Positions 26,530-43,063 of a stretch of DNA of 64,000 nucleotides are shown here, one piece after another. Positions within the stretch are counted from its first letter, which is position 1, and the number at the start of each line of letters is the position of its first letter. The DNA is from the human T2T-CHM13v2.0 reference genome, Homo sapiens. Location of the stretch: the NCBI RefSeq assembly GCF_009914755.1, contig NC_060927.1; one strand, given 5' to 3'. A program made the translations under genes and the position numbers. The notes under the pieces were generated by a model. That model saw nothing but the letters and a program-made list of their open reading frames with translations. It made no database searches and was not told the DNA's origin.

Positions 26530-26760
26530 CTATGGTTTATGTGGTAAGAGCACTGTCTTTGGAGGCCGACCTCAGTTGAAGTCCAGAATCTGCCACTTAC
26601 CAGCTGACTGGTCCTGGACAAGCTATTTAAAGTCACTGAGCTTCCCTTTCCTACTCCCTAGAGTTATACTTAACACAACACAAATGGCTGTGGGGGTTTT
26701 GCTAGTGAAGCCATACATCCCCGTGAGGATTACATGCACCATAAATGAAAGCACATAAAA
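26530..26760 (+). mobile_element. MIR SINE
   Basis: gtggtaagagcactgtctttgg...tgccacttaccagctg. Confidence 0.7.
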
Positions 26761-27089
26761 GTGCCACAACAGTTGACAGTGGCCTTGCTTAGCTGAGACC
26801 TGGTCACAATAAAGGATCAATAAATAGTAGCTACTGTCATCATGATTGACATCATGGATCAATGCAAATCATAATCATCTTTTCACTGTGATGAACAGGT
26901 GGTTTTAGAAATACCATGTCCTAATGGCCTATATCAAAGTGTGAGGAATAGTAAGAGAATTCAGAGTAAGAGAGGGACTCCTGCAGTCTTTGAACTTGGA
27001 CCTTTAATAAAAATGGAGGTATGAAAGGCAATTCCAAGTGTCTCAAATGGAAGGTGAACTCTCTGTCTCTCTGTCTGCATGTGTGTGTG

Positions 27090-27393
<304 letters not shown>

Positions 27394-27415
27394 TAACTCA
27401 TCCACGTATTCATTG

Positions 27416-27484
27416 AAACTTCCATTTACAAGACAGTAAACTGCCATTTACAAGACTGTAAACTTCCATTTACAAGACAGTAAA
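27416..27484. repeat. 22-bp tandem repeat, 3 copies
   Basis: aaacttccatttacaagacagt / aaactgccatttacaagactgt / aaacttccatttacaagacagt. Confidence 0.95.
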
Positions 27485-27774
27485 TCAATCTACAACCCAG
27501 TAATAGATTGAGCTGCTTTGGGAGAATTTCCTGTTATCTGTGGTTGCTTCCTTCTCTTCCTAGACTTTCTGCTTGTTTCTGCTTGTTCTCGTGACAGTCT
27601 GGAAGGAATGACAATAGACAATAACCTCCACATAACTACTGTTCACATGGCACACTGACTTTCATCCAGACTCAGAAATTACTCATACTGTGTGCTTTTT
27701 GGCTTATGCCAGTTTTGTCTTGAAAGTATTGCACTGTGCATGAATAACTCATATTTGAGACTGTCATGAGTTTA

Positions 27775-28233
<459 letters not shown>

Positions 28234-28894
28234 TTAGATATTGAAATATAAATTAACTCCAAATTCTTAGTTTTTAAGTAAGAACTGAGAAAAAGTATAG
28301 TATGTCATTTTTTCCCCCTTGAAAACACTGCTTCTGGGAATTATGAATCCTATACAGTCTATGGGGAATTTCTTTGTATGTATTTAAAGTTTCAAATTTA
28401 CTTCAATCTCCTTCCATGGTTTTACTGATTTTTTTTTCTTTGGTGTGTGTGCCAGTTCTAATAAAGCAAACTATAATTCCAGAGGATATGCAAAAAGAGG
28501 GCTAGAAGCATTAAATGAAGGGGTCGTAGGAGCCACATTTACTAGACTGAGTGTCTGTGGTTTTTGAAATTGCTAAGGATCATAACAAATGGCATGTTTC
28601 TTAAGAATCTCCAGGCAGCGTTTGAGAGTGCAATATTTCTCTACTGGCAGTGAATAAACCAGGAGGCATGATCCTCACTGACTTTGTAACATCCTACACA
28701 ATATTGTGGGGACCAAAATTGGACAGCCAAGCTAAGTTTGACAGCAGCCCTTTGAGGGCACTGCCACATGTGACTGAATGGCTTCCTTTCTCAGTAATTT
28801 CATACCCATCAAAACATATGCTTCTCTGACCAATTACTGATGTACTGATGCAAAAAAGCTTCAGAAATACGGTGTTGTAAGCATTTAGGGCTAT

Positions 28895-29060
28895 GTTTCC
28901 TGAACTGTGTTGTGAGAACCAGAGAATCAGAATTATCTGCCAGCTTGTTAGAATGCACATTTCCAGGAACCACCCTAAACTCACTGAATCAAAATTTTGG
29001 GATAGGGTGAGAAGCCTTGCATGTTAAACAAGGTCCACAGGTGATTCTTATGTTGCTCAA
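28895..29060. mobile_element. MER5-like hAT-Charlie MITE
   Basis: cttgttagaatgcacatt...actgaatcaaaa...ttaaacaag...aggtgattcttatg. Confidence 0.7.
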
Positions 29061-29472
29061 AAACTTCTAGGAAATAATTAGTATCTTCGTGGTAGATGAC
29101 AGTAATAGGTTATATGATATACGAAAGAGTAAAACTGCAAAACCAATTGTAGGGAGAAAACTATGACCTTTTGATAAAATTAAAGACAAGGATGGCAGTA
29201 TAAGCTTACATTCATGTTCTTGGTTTCAATCAATAGGGTTACAGAAAAAATGTTCAGAATTAGTGTTTGTGGAATTTTGCTTATTTTTTTATTGTGTTAA
29301 TAGTGAGACAAAAATTTTAAGGGCACTTTCCAAGATGGTAACCTGTTTAATAGTTCTGAGTAGTACATGTCTTTATGAGAAACTCATCAAAGAAGATTTG
29401 CCTGGGACTGCTGTGCAATGACTGATAGAGACCAATAGGAAAAGATCAGGAGAGTGGCAATGAAGAAGATAA

Positions 29473-29767
<295 letters not shown>

Positions 29768-30589
29768 TGATAATTGTCTAATTGTAAGATTAACTTTTAA
29801 TAAGAAAGGGTTTCACACATATCCGATGTTGGTCCTACTGAGTCTCATTAATAAGATCGCGTGGATAGATATTACTGATGGGATCTGGCCATAGGACTTT
29901 AGTTTTAAATGTTGAGCACTTTCCCATACTGCCTGCAGATTGTAGAGTTTGCCTGGGGTTGGAAAAAATAGATCTGACAAGCTTGTGCCCCGTCTGTGAT
30001 AAGGAGGACCAACTTGTTTGGGTTGTACCATTTGAACACATTGTAACCATTGTCCTACCTGCCTGTAAATTCTTGTATTCTGGAACATATTAAGGTGTTA
30101 CCTACACCACTTTTATGGAATTTTTAAACAGGAGTTCCATCTGTTGTGGTTCAGCACTTGGCCTCAAACCTTTTGACAATGAATAGATGTTTATAATGTC
30201 TGCACTGGAAGCCTTAGCAGTTACATAAACACCATCACATGCTGTATGTTATATATGAAACACACACATGTATATACACATATATGTGTACATATCCATG
30301 TGTATGTATATTTTTAATACACATATATATGAATATATCACACATTCTATTAACATGATCTGTTTATTATAGTACTTATGAAAAGAACTTATTTAAGAAG
30401 AGACTGCTTATATAAAGAATATATTTGGCACAAAAGAGATGCTGTAAATGTCATCATATGAATATCTACCTTTTTCTTGTAAAATGAGTCATTGTTAATT
30501 CATTTATCTGTTTTTTGTCATCACTTGACTGAGAAAAAAATTATTACTGAAAATTTTCTGAGAAGACACTAACTTTGGCCATTCGTTTA

Positions 30590-32290
30590 TTGGTACATAT
30601 TTATTGAGCATCTGTTGTGTGCTAGGGGCTGAGGATAGATGGATGAGGAGAGTCCACTTCATAGAACTTACTATTTACTGGAGGAAGTAGACATTGATCT
30701 AAAAGTCACACATAAAAGAACAAGACAGCAGCTGTAACCAATGTTATGGAGAAGAAGTTTGGGGTGCTTTGAGGACCTCAGTATGCATCGGGGGGTTACA
30801 AAAGGCTTCCAATACTGAAGCTGTGAATTTGATTTGTAATAAGAAGGCTAAGATCTACTTTAACTAAGTGAAGAAGGGAGAGAGGGAATTCTTGGTAGAA
30901 GAAAAAGTACATATAAAAGCATTGTGGCAGGAAGAAGTACAGTGAGTCTGAGAAACTTTAAGAGTGTTCTTCTAGGCAAAGCAAAGAGAGCAGAGGGAAT
31001 GTGGGACAGGATAAAGCTGGAGAAGCTGGGAGAGACCATTCCATGTGAAACCGTGAAGGATATGTTATGAAGTTTGGTCTTTAAGAGCTATGGGAAGCTA
31101 CCTAAGATTTCATGCAAGGGGTGGCACAACAGATTTGTGTTTTGAAGAGTTCACTCTGGCTGCATCGTGGGAGGGAGATTGGAAGGGTTCAGAGTAGTTC
31201 AGTGAGGAGGCTATGGCCATTATTGTAGGTAAAAGGTGATGGCAACTTGCACTAGTGCTGTGGAGAGAAATGGACAGATTTGAGAGCAATTGAGAAAGTA
31301 AAATCCTCAATCTTGTGGTGATAGATTGGATGGGGGTGGTGGAGAAGGCAGTGAGTGGGCCTCTGGTTGGTACAATAGATTGAGTGATGTTGCATTCACT
31401 GAGCTAAGGAATGCTGGAAGAAGAGTAAGTGTTTGGGGGAAGCAAAGAGACAATCATGAGTTTTAATTTAAATGAACTGATGCTGGGGAGTGGTGCATGC
31501 TTGTAATCTCAGCTACTCTGGAGTCTGAGGTGGGATGATTGCTTGAGCCCAGGAGTTTGAGAGCAGTCTGGGCAACATAGCAAGATCCTATCTTAAAAAA
31601 TAAAACAAAATAAAATAACTGATTTTGGGGTGCCTTAGAAGCAGTCAAGTAAGTGGTAGGTGATGTAAATCTTGAATTCAGAGGAGAGGCCAGGCCAGGA
31701 CCGCATATATAGATCTGGAAGTTGTTGCATAGAGGTGATTACTGTAGTAAGAGCGTTACTCCAACAATGACTAGCTAGGTAAAGAAAGGTGGGATAAGAA
31801 GGAGTGTCCAGAGAGTAGGAAGGAAGCTAGAGGAGTGTTGTGTCACAGAAACTGAAGAAGAAGAATGCTTTAAGGAGGAATTGGTTTACGGAATGGAATA
31901 TTGCCAAGAGACAAATAACATGAAGACTGAACCATGTGCAGTGCATGGGTGACTTGCAGGTTGTTAATGACTACAGAGAGAGATGATAGAGTTAGAAACA
32001 AGGTTAGAGAGGGTTGAGTCATGAGAAGGAGGCAAGGCAGTGGATAGAGAGAGACAACTCTCTTGGCTTTAAAGGGGAAGTGAGAGATAAGGCAGTAGAT
32101 GGAGGGAAAGGGGAGGATAAGCCACTTAATTATGTTTAGAAGCCAATGGGAGGACTCAGTTGGAAGGGGAATATTGAATAGAGAAGAGAAAAAGGTTAAT
32201 CTAATCTATACTGGGAAGTTTCTGAGAAGGTGGGAAGGATGAAATCCGAGGCAAAATATGACCATCCTTTGATGACTTTATTCTCTGTGG
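30590..32290 (-). mobile_element. L2 LINE, long antisense fragment interrupted by a FLAM
   Basis: atttattgagcatct...tgtgctagg start; purine-rich L2 body (tcactctggctgc, aaatggacagatttgagag). Confidence 0.75.
31482..31617 (+). mobile_element. FLAM (free left Alu monomer)
   Basis: Monomer ending gggcaacatagcaagatcctatct plus A-tail. Confidence 0.85.
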
Positions 32291-32313
32291 CTGCTAAAAA
32301 GTACCAGTATGTC

Positions 32314-32637
<324 letters not shown>

Positions 32638-33646
32638 TTAAATAGGTGTATTTGTGGCTGATAAACAAATTTCATTCTTAGTGTACTTACATAGGTCAAT
32701 ACAAAAAGGATTACTCTGCAATATGATGGCTAGAGCTCTTTTAAAATATACTAAGTATTTTATTTTAAAAACTGCACAAAATTCTTGAAATCAATGTCAT
32801 CTTATGCTTGTATGATGATGAAACTAATGTACTCACATTAGTCTGCCTTTCCAAAGCTTCTCCTCATCTATATATTGGCTTGACTCAGCTTGTTCTCTAT
32901 GTGGAAAAGGACACATTACTACGTATAGTGATTTGTTAGTGGATAATCACAGAATGACTGATGCTTTGTTGCAAGTATATGGCCTATCTGACACTTTTCC
33001 TCTGTATCAAGACAAGATTGTTGACCCAATATGGAAAGGCAGAGGAGTAGGAAAGTGATGCTGGATGAAAAATAGAAGTTAATCCCTGAGGGGTGTTAGG
33101 TTACTGATCTTAGCTTGTTTCTCTTCAAGATTTACAAGTTATTAGCATGTTTACTATGAGCTCTTTGCCTATGTGTATATTGTAACATTTTAGCATAATA
33201 CTAAAATTCAGTTTCCACAACATGTTGAAACCTTGTATACAGCAATGTTTTCTTCTCATGAAAGCTAATTTTCCAAAAGATGCTATTTCCAGGTTTCAGT
33301 TCAGTTAGTTGTTTTTAATTTTGAGAAAGAGTTAGATTTTTAAAAGTTAGATTTTCAAGTTGCATTTCAAAACAAATTCGATTTTTTCCCATGGGTATTC
33401 TATCACTTAAGTGATTAATGAATTTCTCAATCACTCATCTATTTGCCAAATGCTTATTAAACACTATAATGTGCCAGGCACTGGTTAAGATGTACAAAGA
33501 TGAGGCATAATCCATGGTTCTTCTTGTAGTTTACTGTCCAGAGGGAAAGACTGATGGCCACATGCCAAGTGCAATACAGAAGTGTAGGCAGAGGATGGAA
33601 AGGACAGAGAGAGAGAAATTAATTCTGCTTAGGGGTGGTATGTAGG

Positions 33647-33665
33647 TGTGTGTGCATATGTGTGC

Positions 33666-33697
<32 letters not shown>

Positions 33698-33730
33698 CAG
33701 AGAAAGACAGAGAGAGAAAGAGGGAGAGAG
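33647..33730. repeat. (TG)n(AG)n compound microsatellite
   Basis: Read directly from sequence. Confidence 0.9.
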
Positions 33731-34037
33731 AAATGAGAGTGTGTGGAGAGGTTTAAGAGGGAGAGAAGAATGTTCATACCACAGAGACATAAAATAGGAA
33801 GATGGAAGATGGGGAAAGGGAGAAAAGGAAGATTTCAAGATAATAAATTATCTGAGTTTGTAAGTGTGTTTTTATTTTGTCTTTAAGTATTGCAAAGTAT
33901 CTGAACAAAAAGCTGAGGTTCAATTTTACATAATCAATATATACTCAGTAGTCCCAGTATATCAGTGTGAAAATGTGAAGTTATTGTATAAAAAGCATTC
34001 CGTTGTTTTTGGTGCTCTACCAACACTTAGCACGTAG

Positions 34038-34413
<376 letters not shown>

Positions 34414-34744
34414 AAAATTGAGTTTTCTTTTATCACTTTTAAAGTTCTATGAAAGTTGACATTGAAATTTAATGGAAAAGCTTCATATTCATAGACTCAC
34501 AAGGCTATTGGTGGCCTTATGGGCTAGGTCCTCTCAGAGGTCATTTAGTTCATTTTCACATTGGCATCTAGAGTGGAAAAATAATCTAGCTCGCATGAAG
34601 GGTGCCCCCAAAGGAGACCCACAACTGCTGTTACCAATTCTTTTGACTGTCTGAAAAAACTCTCCTGACACAGGAGGCATTTTGAAACCATCTCCATTTG
34701 CCCATGTATTCATAATCTAATATAATATAATAAATAGCACATTC

Positions 34745-34948
34745 TTTTTTTATTCATATTTATTTATTTAGTTAATTAGTTTAGATTTAGAGACAGGGTC
34801 TATGCTATGTTGGCCAGGCTGGAGTGCAGTGGCTATTCATAGGCATGATCATGGTACACCACAGCTTCAAACTCCTGGCCTTAAGCAATCTTCCCGCCAC
34901 TCTTTCCTGAGTAGCTGGGACTACAGGCACGTGCCATTGCACTCAGCT
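34745..34948 (-). mobile_element. FAM (fossil Alu monomer)
   Basis: ggagtgcagtggctattcataggcatgatc diagnostic segment. Confidence 0.8.
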
Positions 34949-35794
34949 TGACAGTATGTTCTTATAACACAACTATTTGAAATCAAGTTCTAAAGATGAA
35001 TCATGATAGAAAGTTGTTTGAAAAAATTGTTCCATTTTCTTTTAGAACCCAAGAAGACCTTCTACTGATGATCACATTCAAATTTTAAATGTCTAGTGAC
35101 TAAGAGACTAATCACATGGGGCTGCTTAGATTTATCGAGGAGGACAGGAGTGCCAAAACTCTAAGTTGTTTTTTGTAGGGTGTAAGAACAAAGGCATCTC
35201 ATGTGTCTCGAGAAATGAGTGAAAGTCATGACCCAGTTCTTCCTCCTACTTTAACAAAATGTGACTGAAGAGGAAGCCAGATGTGTTCTAGGACAGACCA
35301 GCTGACTAACTCTTACTGTCAACATACACTGTGCAATTCCAAGACACAAGGGCAACTGATAAAGAAGATTAGCTTGGTTTTCCAGAAATAAGTTCTGCTC
35401 TGTTCAATCTCCTTGCTCAATCTCCATTCTCTCATTCATGTGGAATAACAAGATCTGCAATAAACACCACCAGGCAAGTCTCTGAGGATTACTGAGTTAT
35501 TTCAGAAATTTTCTAATCTTCTACTCTGAACTTTTATAAAATGATTATCAGAAAATGAATCAGCAGTTGGAAGAATAGGAAATAGATTCTACTGTAATCA
35601 TTTCCTGCAAGTAATAATTTCTCACACATTATCATAATAAAGTCTCTGTTCTTCTTTAAGTAGAGTAAGTCATCGAGGAAGTAGATCACTTCTAAAAAAT
35701 TAAACTTGTCTCTGGGTCTTTATAATATATTATAACATTACTGAATGATTGCTCTTGAAATTTCCAATATTTCATGTCCTTAACTTGAATTTTC

Positions 35795-36000
35795 CCTACA
35801 GGTTGAAAAGTCAGGTTCTGGAATTGGCTGTCTGGATTAAAATACTGGTTCCATCACTGAGAAGCTGTGTGACCTTGCGAAAATTACTTAATCTCTTTGT
35901 GTTTCAGTTTTCTGATCTGTAAAATGAAGTCAATAATGGTGAGAAAATGAGAAAAATGCATGCAAGCTTAGCATATTATTAGAGTGATAAATGCTAACAA
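35795..36000 (+). mobile_element. MIR SINE
   Basis: gctgtgtgaccttg...tcagttttctgatctgtaaaatg. Confidence 0.8.
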
Positions 36001-38349
36001 TTATAAATCATGTCAGGGCCTCTACATTATTTTAGCATTTACTTTCCTCTGACTATCTGTACATTACTGGATAAAAATATTTTATTGATCACCAGATATT
36101 AAACTCCTGTGAATTTCTGTGTGTTGATGGTGAAGTTGGTGGGAGGATGGTGATGAGACTTACTTGAAGACAGGAATGTATGTGAGTTGACCATGTCAGT
36201 AAGCTGAGATACTGTCAATTTCTGAAGGATTCCTCTGGCTGAGTCTACACAGTTAAGAAGTATTATATATTTCTTGATGTCTTTCCTAATGTCTAACTGA
36301 AATTCTCTAATTGTCTCATGTTTTATTCCTCATTTATGGAGATGCTGGACAGCATTAAAAAATATTGAAACGTGAATACTTGAAAACAATTACTGTATCA
36401 TTTGTCAATTCTTTTAAAAAATATCAAAAACCCAGTTTATTTGGCCTTTTGTTCTAGACTTCAATTCTACTTCTTTGGACCCCTTCTCCCTGAGGCTGAT
36501 AGGGCAGCTGGCCCCTGTGTGGGTGTTGATGAAACCCAGACCAGTACATAGTACTCAGTTGGGCATAGTACATTCTAGGCGCTAAGACAGGCAGGTAAGT
36601 GGATCAAGCCTTTACAAGCGGTGACTTCTCTCAGGGAGGAAACAGCCCTAATCTTCATTTACCAGGTTCAGAATGCTTTGGGTATGGTATAGTGATGAAT
36701 TTGATATCGTTACCATATAATCACAATCTTGAAACATCACATTTTAACATTCAAGGAATATTTGACATTGCCATTTAAAAATATTATTCATTCATTCATT
36801 CATTCACTCACTCAACAAATATAGCATGCTAAAAACATAAAAGAAGTATGCTAGATTTTTTCGAATACACCTTTTGGCTCTAACTGGATTATGAATTTCT
36901 TTTAGAGCAGAGACACTGTACCTTATTCATATTTCTATCCCAAGGGTCAGCCTGTAGAAGACACTCACCTAATGCAACAAACATGCATTGCATAAATGAA
37001 AAATTGGATGCAAGGAATATGCTAGCTGTGCATGACCAATAAAGCATTTGTTGCTATGTCTCATCTTTAAACTTTGAATTTAAGCAGAACTTGAATGCAA
37101 ATACTGTCTCCATGAAAAATATATTTGGCAACAATATTATGTTAGACCTTTCACTTAGATTAAATATATAATTTAAGTGCTTATATAAAAAAGAAGATGA
37201 AATCAACAACCTATATAAACTATCCAGGGAGTCAAGGGTTTTGGTGAAAAAAAAAAAAAACAGTTTAAAATAGGACTTTTCTTAAACTCAAATCCTCTTT
37301 CATGTAGCAAAAGGAAATGAGCAAAGAAATCCAAACCCACTGAAGTTTTCAGGGCCAAACATTTTGATTCAATATGCTCTGCTATAAAATATTTGGCCTT
37401 GTTTGAATTTTTATTGCTATATGTTCTCAGTCTATATTTAACTGTGAGGAACACAAATAAGAAAGAGTAAATGTGCAGAACGTTCATTTCAAGAGCATGG
37501 CAGTGAATTTGAGAAAACATGTATTAAAGGAACACTTTGTGTTTTTAACTTTCAGCCCCTTTTCTGAGGCCTCCCTTGGCCAGATATGATTAAATATTTA
37601 TCAAACTAAGGACTCAGCTTACTTGGAGTGAAAACTCTTCAGGGCCTCTCAGAGATACCTAAGATAAGTACCTTATTTTACTAGCTCTCAAATAAAGCTT
37701 CTTTTATGCTCTGTCTTTTTCATATATAAAATAAGGTCTAATTAGAAAGTTTTATAATGGAGGCAGTCAATTCCCCAATTCCTTATTTGTTTGAATTAAC
37801 TTTTAAAAAATTGGGGTGTTCACTCTGGCGTTGGCTCAATCCAGACTCTGTAATCAGCCAACAATCTGTGCTTCACAAAGGCTGGCGTCCTAACTGCCAG
37901 CTTCTGCCATCCGCACCTTTTCCGTGGGGTAATACATTTTAATTGGTACTTCTCTGAGAGCCCTACACATCTCCATCTGGCCAAATAAACATACTTTTAC
38001 TATTCAGCCTCAACATCTTGGCAGTTAACAAGAGGACAGACTTGCCACAATGGGTAATCTTTAAGATGCATAAAATCCTAAAATTAAAGGACCAGGTACA
38101 GGTGGTATAATCAATGGCTGCCTAGAAGATGGCTCATCTACAAAGTGGCTTTGTGTTCCACAGTCTTTTTAACACTGCTCTTGTGATCCTAAATGCAGTT
38201 CCTGAGCCGAGTCAGCATTGAGAGCTCTCTCCTCTCAAAGGGCACATTAGTGATGAAATATTTCACTTCCAATGACAGCATAACTTTTTGGATATAGGCT
38301 TATTAGCAACGTGTTTCCACTGGTTGGATTGAGCAAGTGTAACCAGAAG

Positions 38350-38590
38350 GCAGAATGGTGAAATGGTTAAGAGCATGGGTTCTAGAGTCAGGCTGCGTTC
38401 AAATTCTGCTGCTGTTAATTTATCTTTGTGACCTTGGGCAGTTACCATACCTCTCTGTGCCTCAGTTTCCTCATCAGTAAAGCAGAGATAATGTCAGTAT
38501 TTTCCTCATAAGAGTATTGCAAGGACTGATTAAATGAGATAAGGTGTCTGATATGTTTAGCACAGGGCATGACTTGTATTTGCTAACAAT
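38350..38590 (+). mobile_element. MIR SINE
   Basis: tggttaagagcatggg...gtgaccttgggca...ctctgtgcctcagtttcctcatc. Confidence 0.88.
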
Positions 38591-39134
38591 TATTTTTAGG
38601 CAAGGTCAGTAGACCAAATAACTTGAGCAGCAGAAAGGAAGTGGAAGGCGAATAACCAGCTATGAGGTTATTTCTCAGATAATTTCTTCCTATTTCAATG
38701 CTTCACTTTTTACAGTTTAATCATCAAGCAACAGTGTTAGGGATTACGTGAGATAATATGGTCTGTGTGCTGATTCACTCATTTAGTGTGGTCTCATTTC
38801 CTTAAAGAACACATCTTGAGAGAACACTTTTTTTCTCTCTAACCCTCAGGGTCATCTGGATGAAATGAATACTTTTAGGGCAAAATGGCTGATACTGCTT
38901 CCTTGATAACCACATATAGGTAAGGGATTGTTTCTCTGCCTCCCAAAGTTTTCCCTTTTTCCTACGACCACTTTGGTGAGACGCCTTTCTCAGCACAAAG
39001 CAGGGACATGACTCTGTGCATTATTACAACTGGGGATGTTTATGCAAGAGGAAGGCCACCTAGAAAAATGGAGCTGACAGATCCCTGTAATTTGGGGCAC
39101 AAATGGTTCTTAGCAGCAGGTAAGGGTCTCTCAC

Positions 39135-39252
39135 CAGTTGCTTTCTCAGGATTGTTGCACATGAAGCATTGCCATGCTCCTGCTGTTTCACTGAAGCCAA
39201 ACACGTCAAAGAACCTCACTTCTTCCAGATGGAGCTGTACCTGGTCCAGATC
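39135..39252 (-). CDS. VEPH1: VEPH1 third-from-last coding exon
   Basis: ttcctgacacAG|GAT...GCAACTG|GTgaga; 118 nt, phase 0 to 1, joins the next exon as G+TT=Val; [39 protein letters not shown]. Confidence 0.95.
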
Positions 39253-39508
39253 CTGTGTCAGGAACACAAAGCACAAAGAACATAAGCTGCTCTGCCTGCT
39301 ACCTAACATTCTGAGACTGGGAGAAGGGGATGTGGATCAGGATGGTCAATGCTCAATCTCAGTACTAAAGACTAAGAGGCAGCATTGAAAAAATTTCTCT
39401 TGGCCAACCTTAAAAAAAGCATTCAGCTAAACTTTTCCAGAAGAGTATTCATAAATGCAGCGGGAGCGAGCACAGGCCCCAGGGCTGAGTGTCAGGGTTG
39501 AGGTGTCA

Positions 39509-39976
<468 letters not shown>

Positions 39977-40128
39977 TTATTATGTTGGCTTTACAGGGGG
40001 CTGATGGAAAATATGGGGGTGGGGCTTAATCCCTCAGCCCTTGGCTCCAGGACTGTTTAGTTCTTTTGCTTTATTCTAAAAGTGTATGCAAATTTTGCAT
40101 TCTATTACATAATATAAGCTACATTGAT

Positions 40129-40491
<363 letters not shown>

Positions 40492-42449
40492 TAGTTAACT
40501 TTTTTCCTCCAAGTGGTTGAGTAGAATTGACACTCCAAGAAGACTGCACATGTTTTATGTGCCCTGTGGCACCATGCCAATGAGTTCCTCTTTAAGGGGC
40601 AGGGCAGAGAGGTTCTGTTAGACTGTAAATGGATGGAAAACTATTAGCCTAACCAAATTAAATAGCTCTACTGTCCTCCTGAGGCTTTCCTCTTATGTAA
40701 ATGACTTGTATCCTTTGGTATAGGATGGATGACCAGAAACTGCATTCTTAAAAGGCTCCTCCTCCTAAGAGGGACTTAATGTTCTTATTGGCCTTGCATG
40801 TACCCAGCCAACTAACATGTTTGTGCTCTGTTGAGCTGTGATTTTATTTCCTTTCCTTTAGCCTACACACTCTTATCTTCTCTCTGTATAGGAATAGTTC
40901 TTAGAATTTTCAAGGCTGAGGCGTGTAGGCACTGTTTGCACTGCTTATAAGGGATCTAAATAGAGAATGATCAAGTGGCTATCCTGATTGCATCCCAAAG
41001 CTCCTAATTCTCAGTTCTAAATTTCTTGACAGAGGTAAGAAGTATGTCCAACTATCAGTTCACTGAGAACAGAAACATATTTTTTTTTTTCATAATACCC
41101 CCAGAGTCCAGTCCAGCATCATTAATGGATTAGCATTGGTTTGTAGACCCAGCACAAAGTTTTTTACTAACGAACTATATAAAAGATAGTACAAAAAGTT
41201 AAAGGGAATTTTTAAAGAGAACATTTACACTCCCTGGAACATAAACACAATGAGGACAGATATTTTGTCTGTTGTGTTGGCTGCTATAAACTTGGCACCT
41301 GAAAGTGCCTATCACATAGCAAGCACTAAACAAATATTTGTGTAATAACAAAAGGCATGCCCTGGGCCTAGAAATGGATACTTTTCCGCATCCTCTATTA
41401 AGACTCTTATGGCTTGTGTTCTGGGGTTGGACATTTTGGAGGTTTGACATGGTGACTGCAACATTTTGGGTTGCTAACCTTTAATACCGTATCTCAGGCA
41501 TTCCAATAGGTGCTGTATATCTAGGAATATTGTTTTGACAAAAATGATTTTGAATATGTTCAATGGAAAAAAAGACTTTTTTTTTAAAAAGTATGTTTTC
41601 CAAGATAAAGACTGAAGAAGCACCTGGGAATTTTGTGAGTTTCAAAGGATACAATCCATATTAAAATTTATGGGGAAAAAGCAGATGTTCATAAGTATCA
41701 GTTTCAAAACTGTGAAGTCTCTGAAGTCTGTACTTGGCCATTGCCATGCACATTACTTCTCTGTTTCCCACACAATTAAGGATCAATTTTTCATTCACCA
41801 CAAACACTACTAGCAAACAAAGTACTTAAAATAATACTTAAGGGTTCCTTTATTTTTCCTGTTCTGAGACCAGAAAATTCCCAGTTTGTTGCGCATAATC
41901 CACATTTGTCTTGGAAAAAAGTTTAAACGTTTCAGACAGATGGTAAACTACCTTCCTGCGTTCAATTTCTGAAGCCAAAAGCAGGCTTACCTCCTCAGAG
42001 GATTTAGGTGTTGTGCTAAAGGATATCCACGGTAGTTGTATGAACTTTGAAGTTGGTGATAATAGCACACTTCGAATGGAAAGACAGATGAAACACATAT
42101 AGTTTCCAATATTTGTGAAAAATCAAAGCAAAATAAATCACAAAACAAGCAAACACAAACCAACAACCAGTGACACCTAGATTTTTGGAATTTTGACCTC
42201 TTAAATGTGCTTGAGGTCAGTAGTTCTCTCTCCTACTCAACCTTCTTTACCCTTCTGGGTCCTGCAGCTTCCCTAGGGCTTGCCCAAGAATTGCTATATG
42301 GCTTCTATTTTTCTAACAGGAGAACAAAAATAGATTTGTTTAGAGAATTACAAACTTTCTTTAAGATAACTAGACTCCAGAAAAGTGATAAAAATAACTT
42401 ATATCTAACTGTAAGTCACTGTCTGAGTATTTTTCAGTTCTAATGGGAT

Positions 42450-42610
42450 TGTGGCAGACAGACCCTAAGGTGACCTCCCAGTAATTTTCACCTTGTGGTG
42501 TTCATCTGTTTGTATACTCCCATTCCCTGTGTATGGGAAGGACTTATGAATTGCTTCTGGCCAAGAATATGTCAAAGGGGATAGGATATCAATTCCGTTG
42601 TTATTATACA

Positions 42611-42659
<49 letters not shown>

Positions 42660-43063
42660 CCTGTCTTGCTAGCAGATGCATAGGGAGACCCTCCTGCTGT
42701 GCTTGAAGGAACCAAATTGCCACATTATGAACTGCAGGGACTATGCGTGGCTTTTAGGATCTTAAAGGAGGCCTTCAGCTGGTAGCCAGTAAGAGTTCAA
42801 AGTCATCAGTCCTACAACTGCAAAAAAATGATTCTTGCCAACAAACAGAATGAGTTTGAAAGCAGATCCTACCCATTTGAACCTCCAAATGAAAACACAG
42901 CCTAGCCAATACCTTGACTGTAGCCCTGTGAGACCCTGAATGGAGGACCCAGCTAAGTTACAACTGAAATCCTGACACTCTGGTACTGTGAGATAATAAG
43001 TATGTGTTGTTTTAAGTTGCTAGGTTTGTGCTAATTTGTTACGCATTATTGAAAACTAATACT
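42450..43063 (+). mobile_element. MaLR solo LTR (MLT1E-like)
   Basis: tgtggcagacagaccctaaggtg...tgttgttttaagttgctaggtttgtg...gaaaactaatac; TSD-like gggat/gagat. Confidence 0.85.
42614..42657. repeat. (CA)n microsatellite, about 22 units
   Basis: Pure CA run inside the LTR. Confidence 0.95.

Noticed and set aside
27416-27484. Direct repeats as a CRISPR-like array
   Set aside because: No spacers, no cas genes, and a eukaryotic context.
35352-35377. gataaagaagattagcttgg resembling U6 snRNA
   Set aside because: Only about 14 nt match and the flanks do not extend; likely chance.
41850-42098. Possible extra VEPH1 exon (GAG/GTAAGC donor near 41990, 82-aa ORF)
   Set aside because: No convincing acceptor and no peptide similarity that I recognise.
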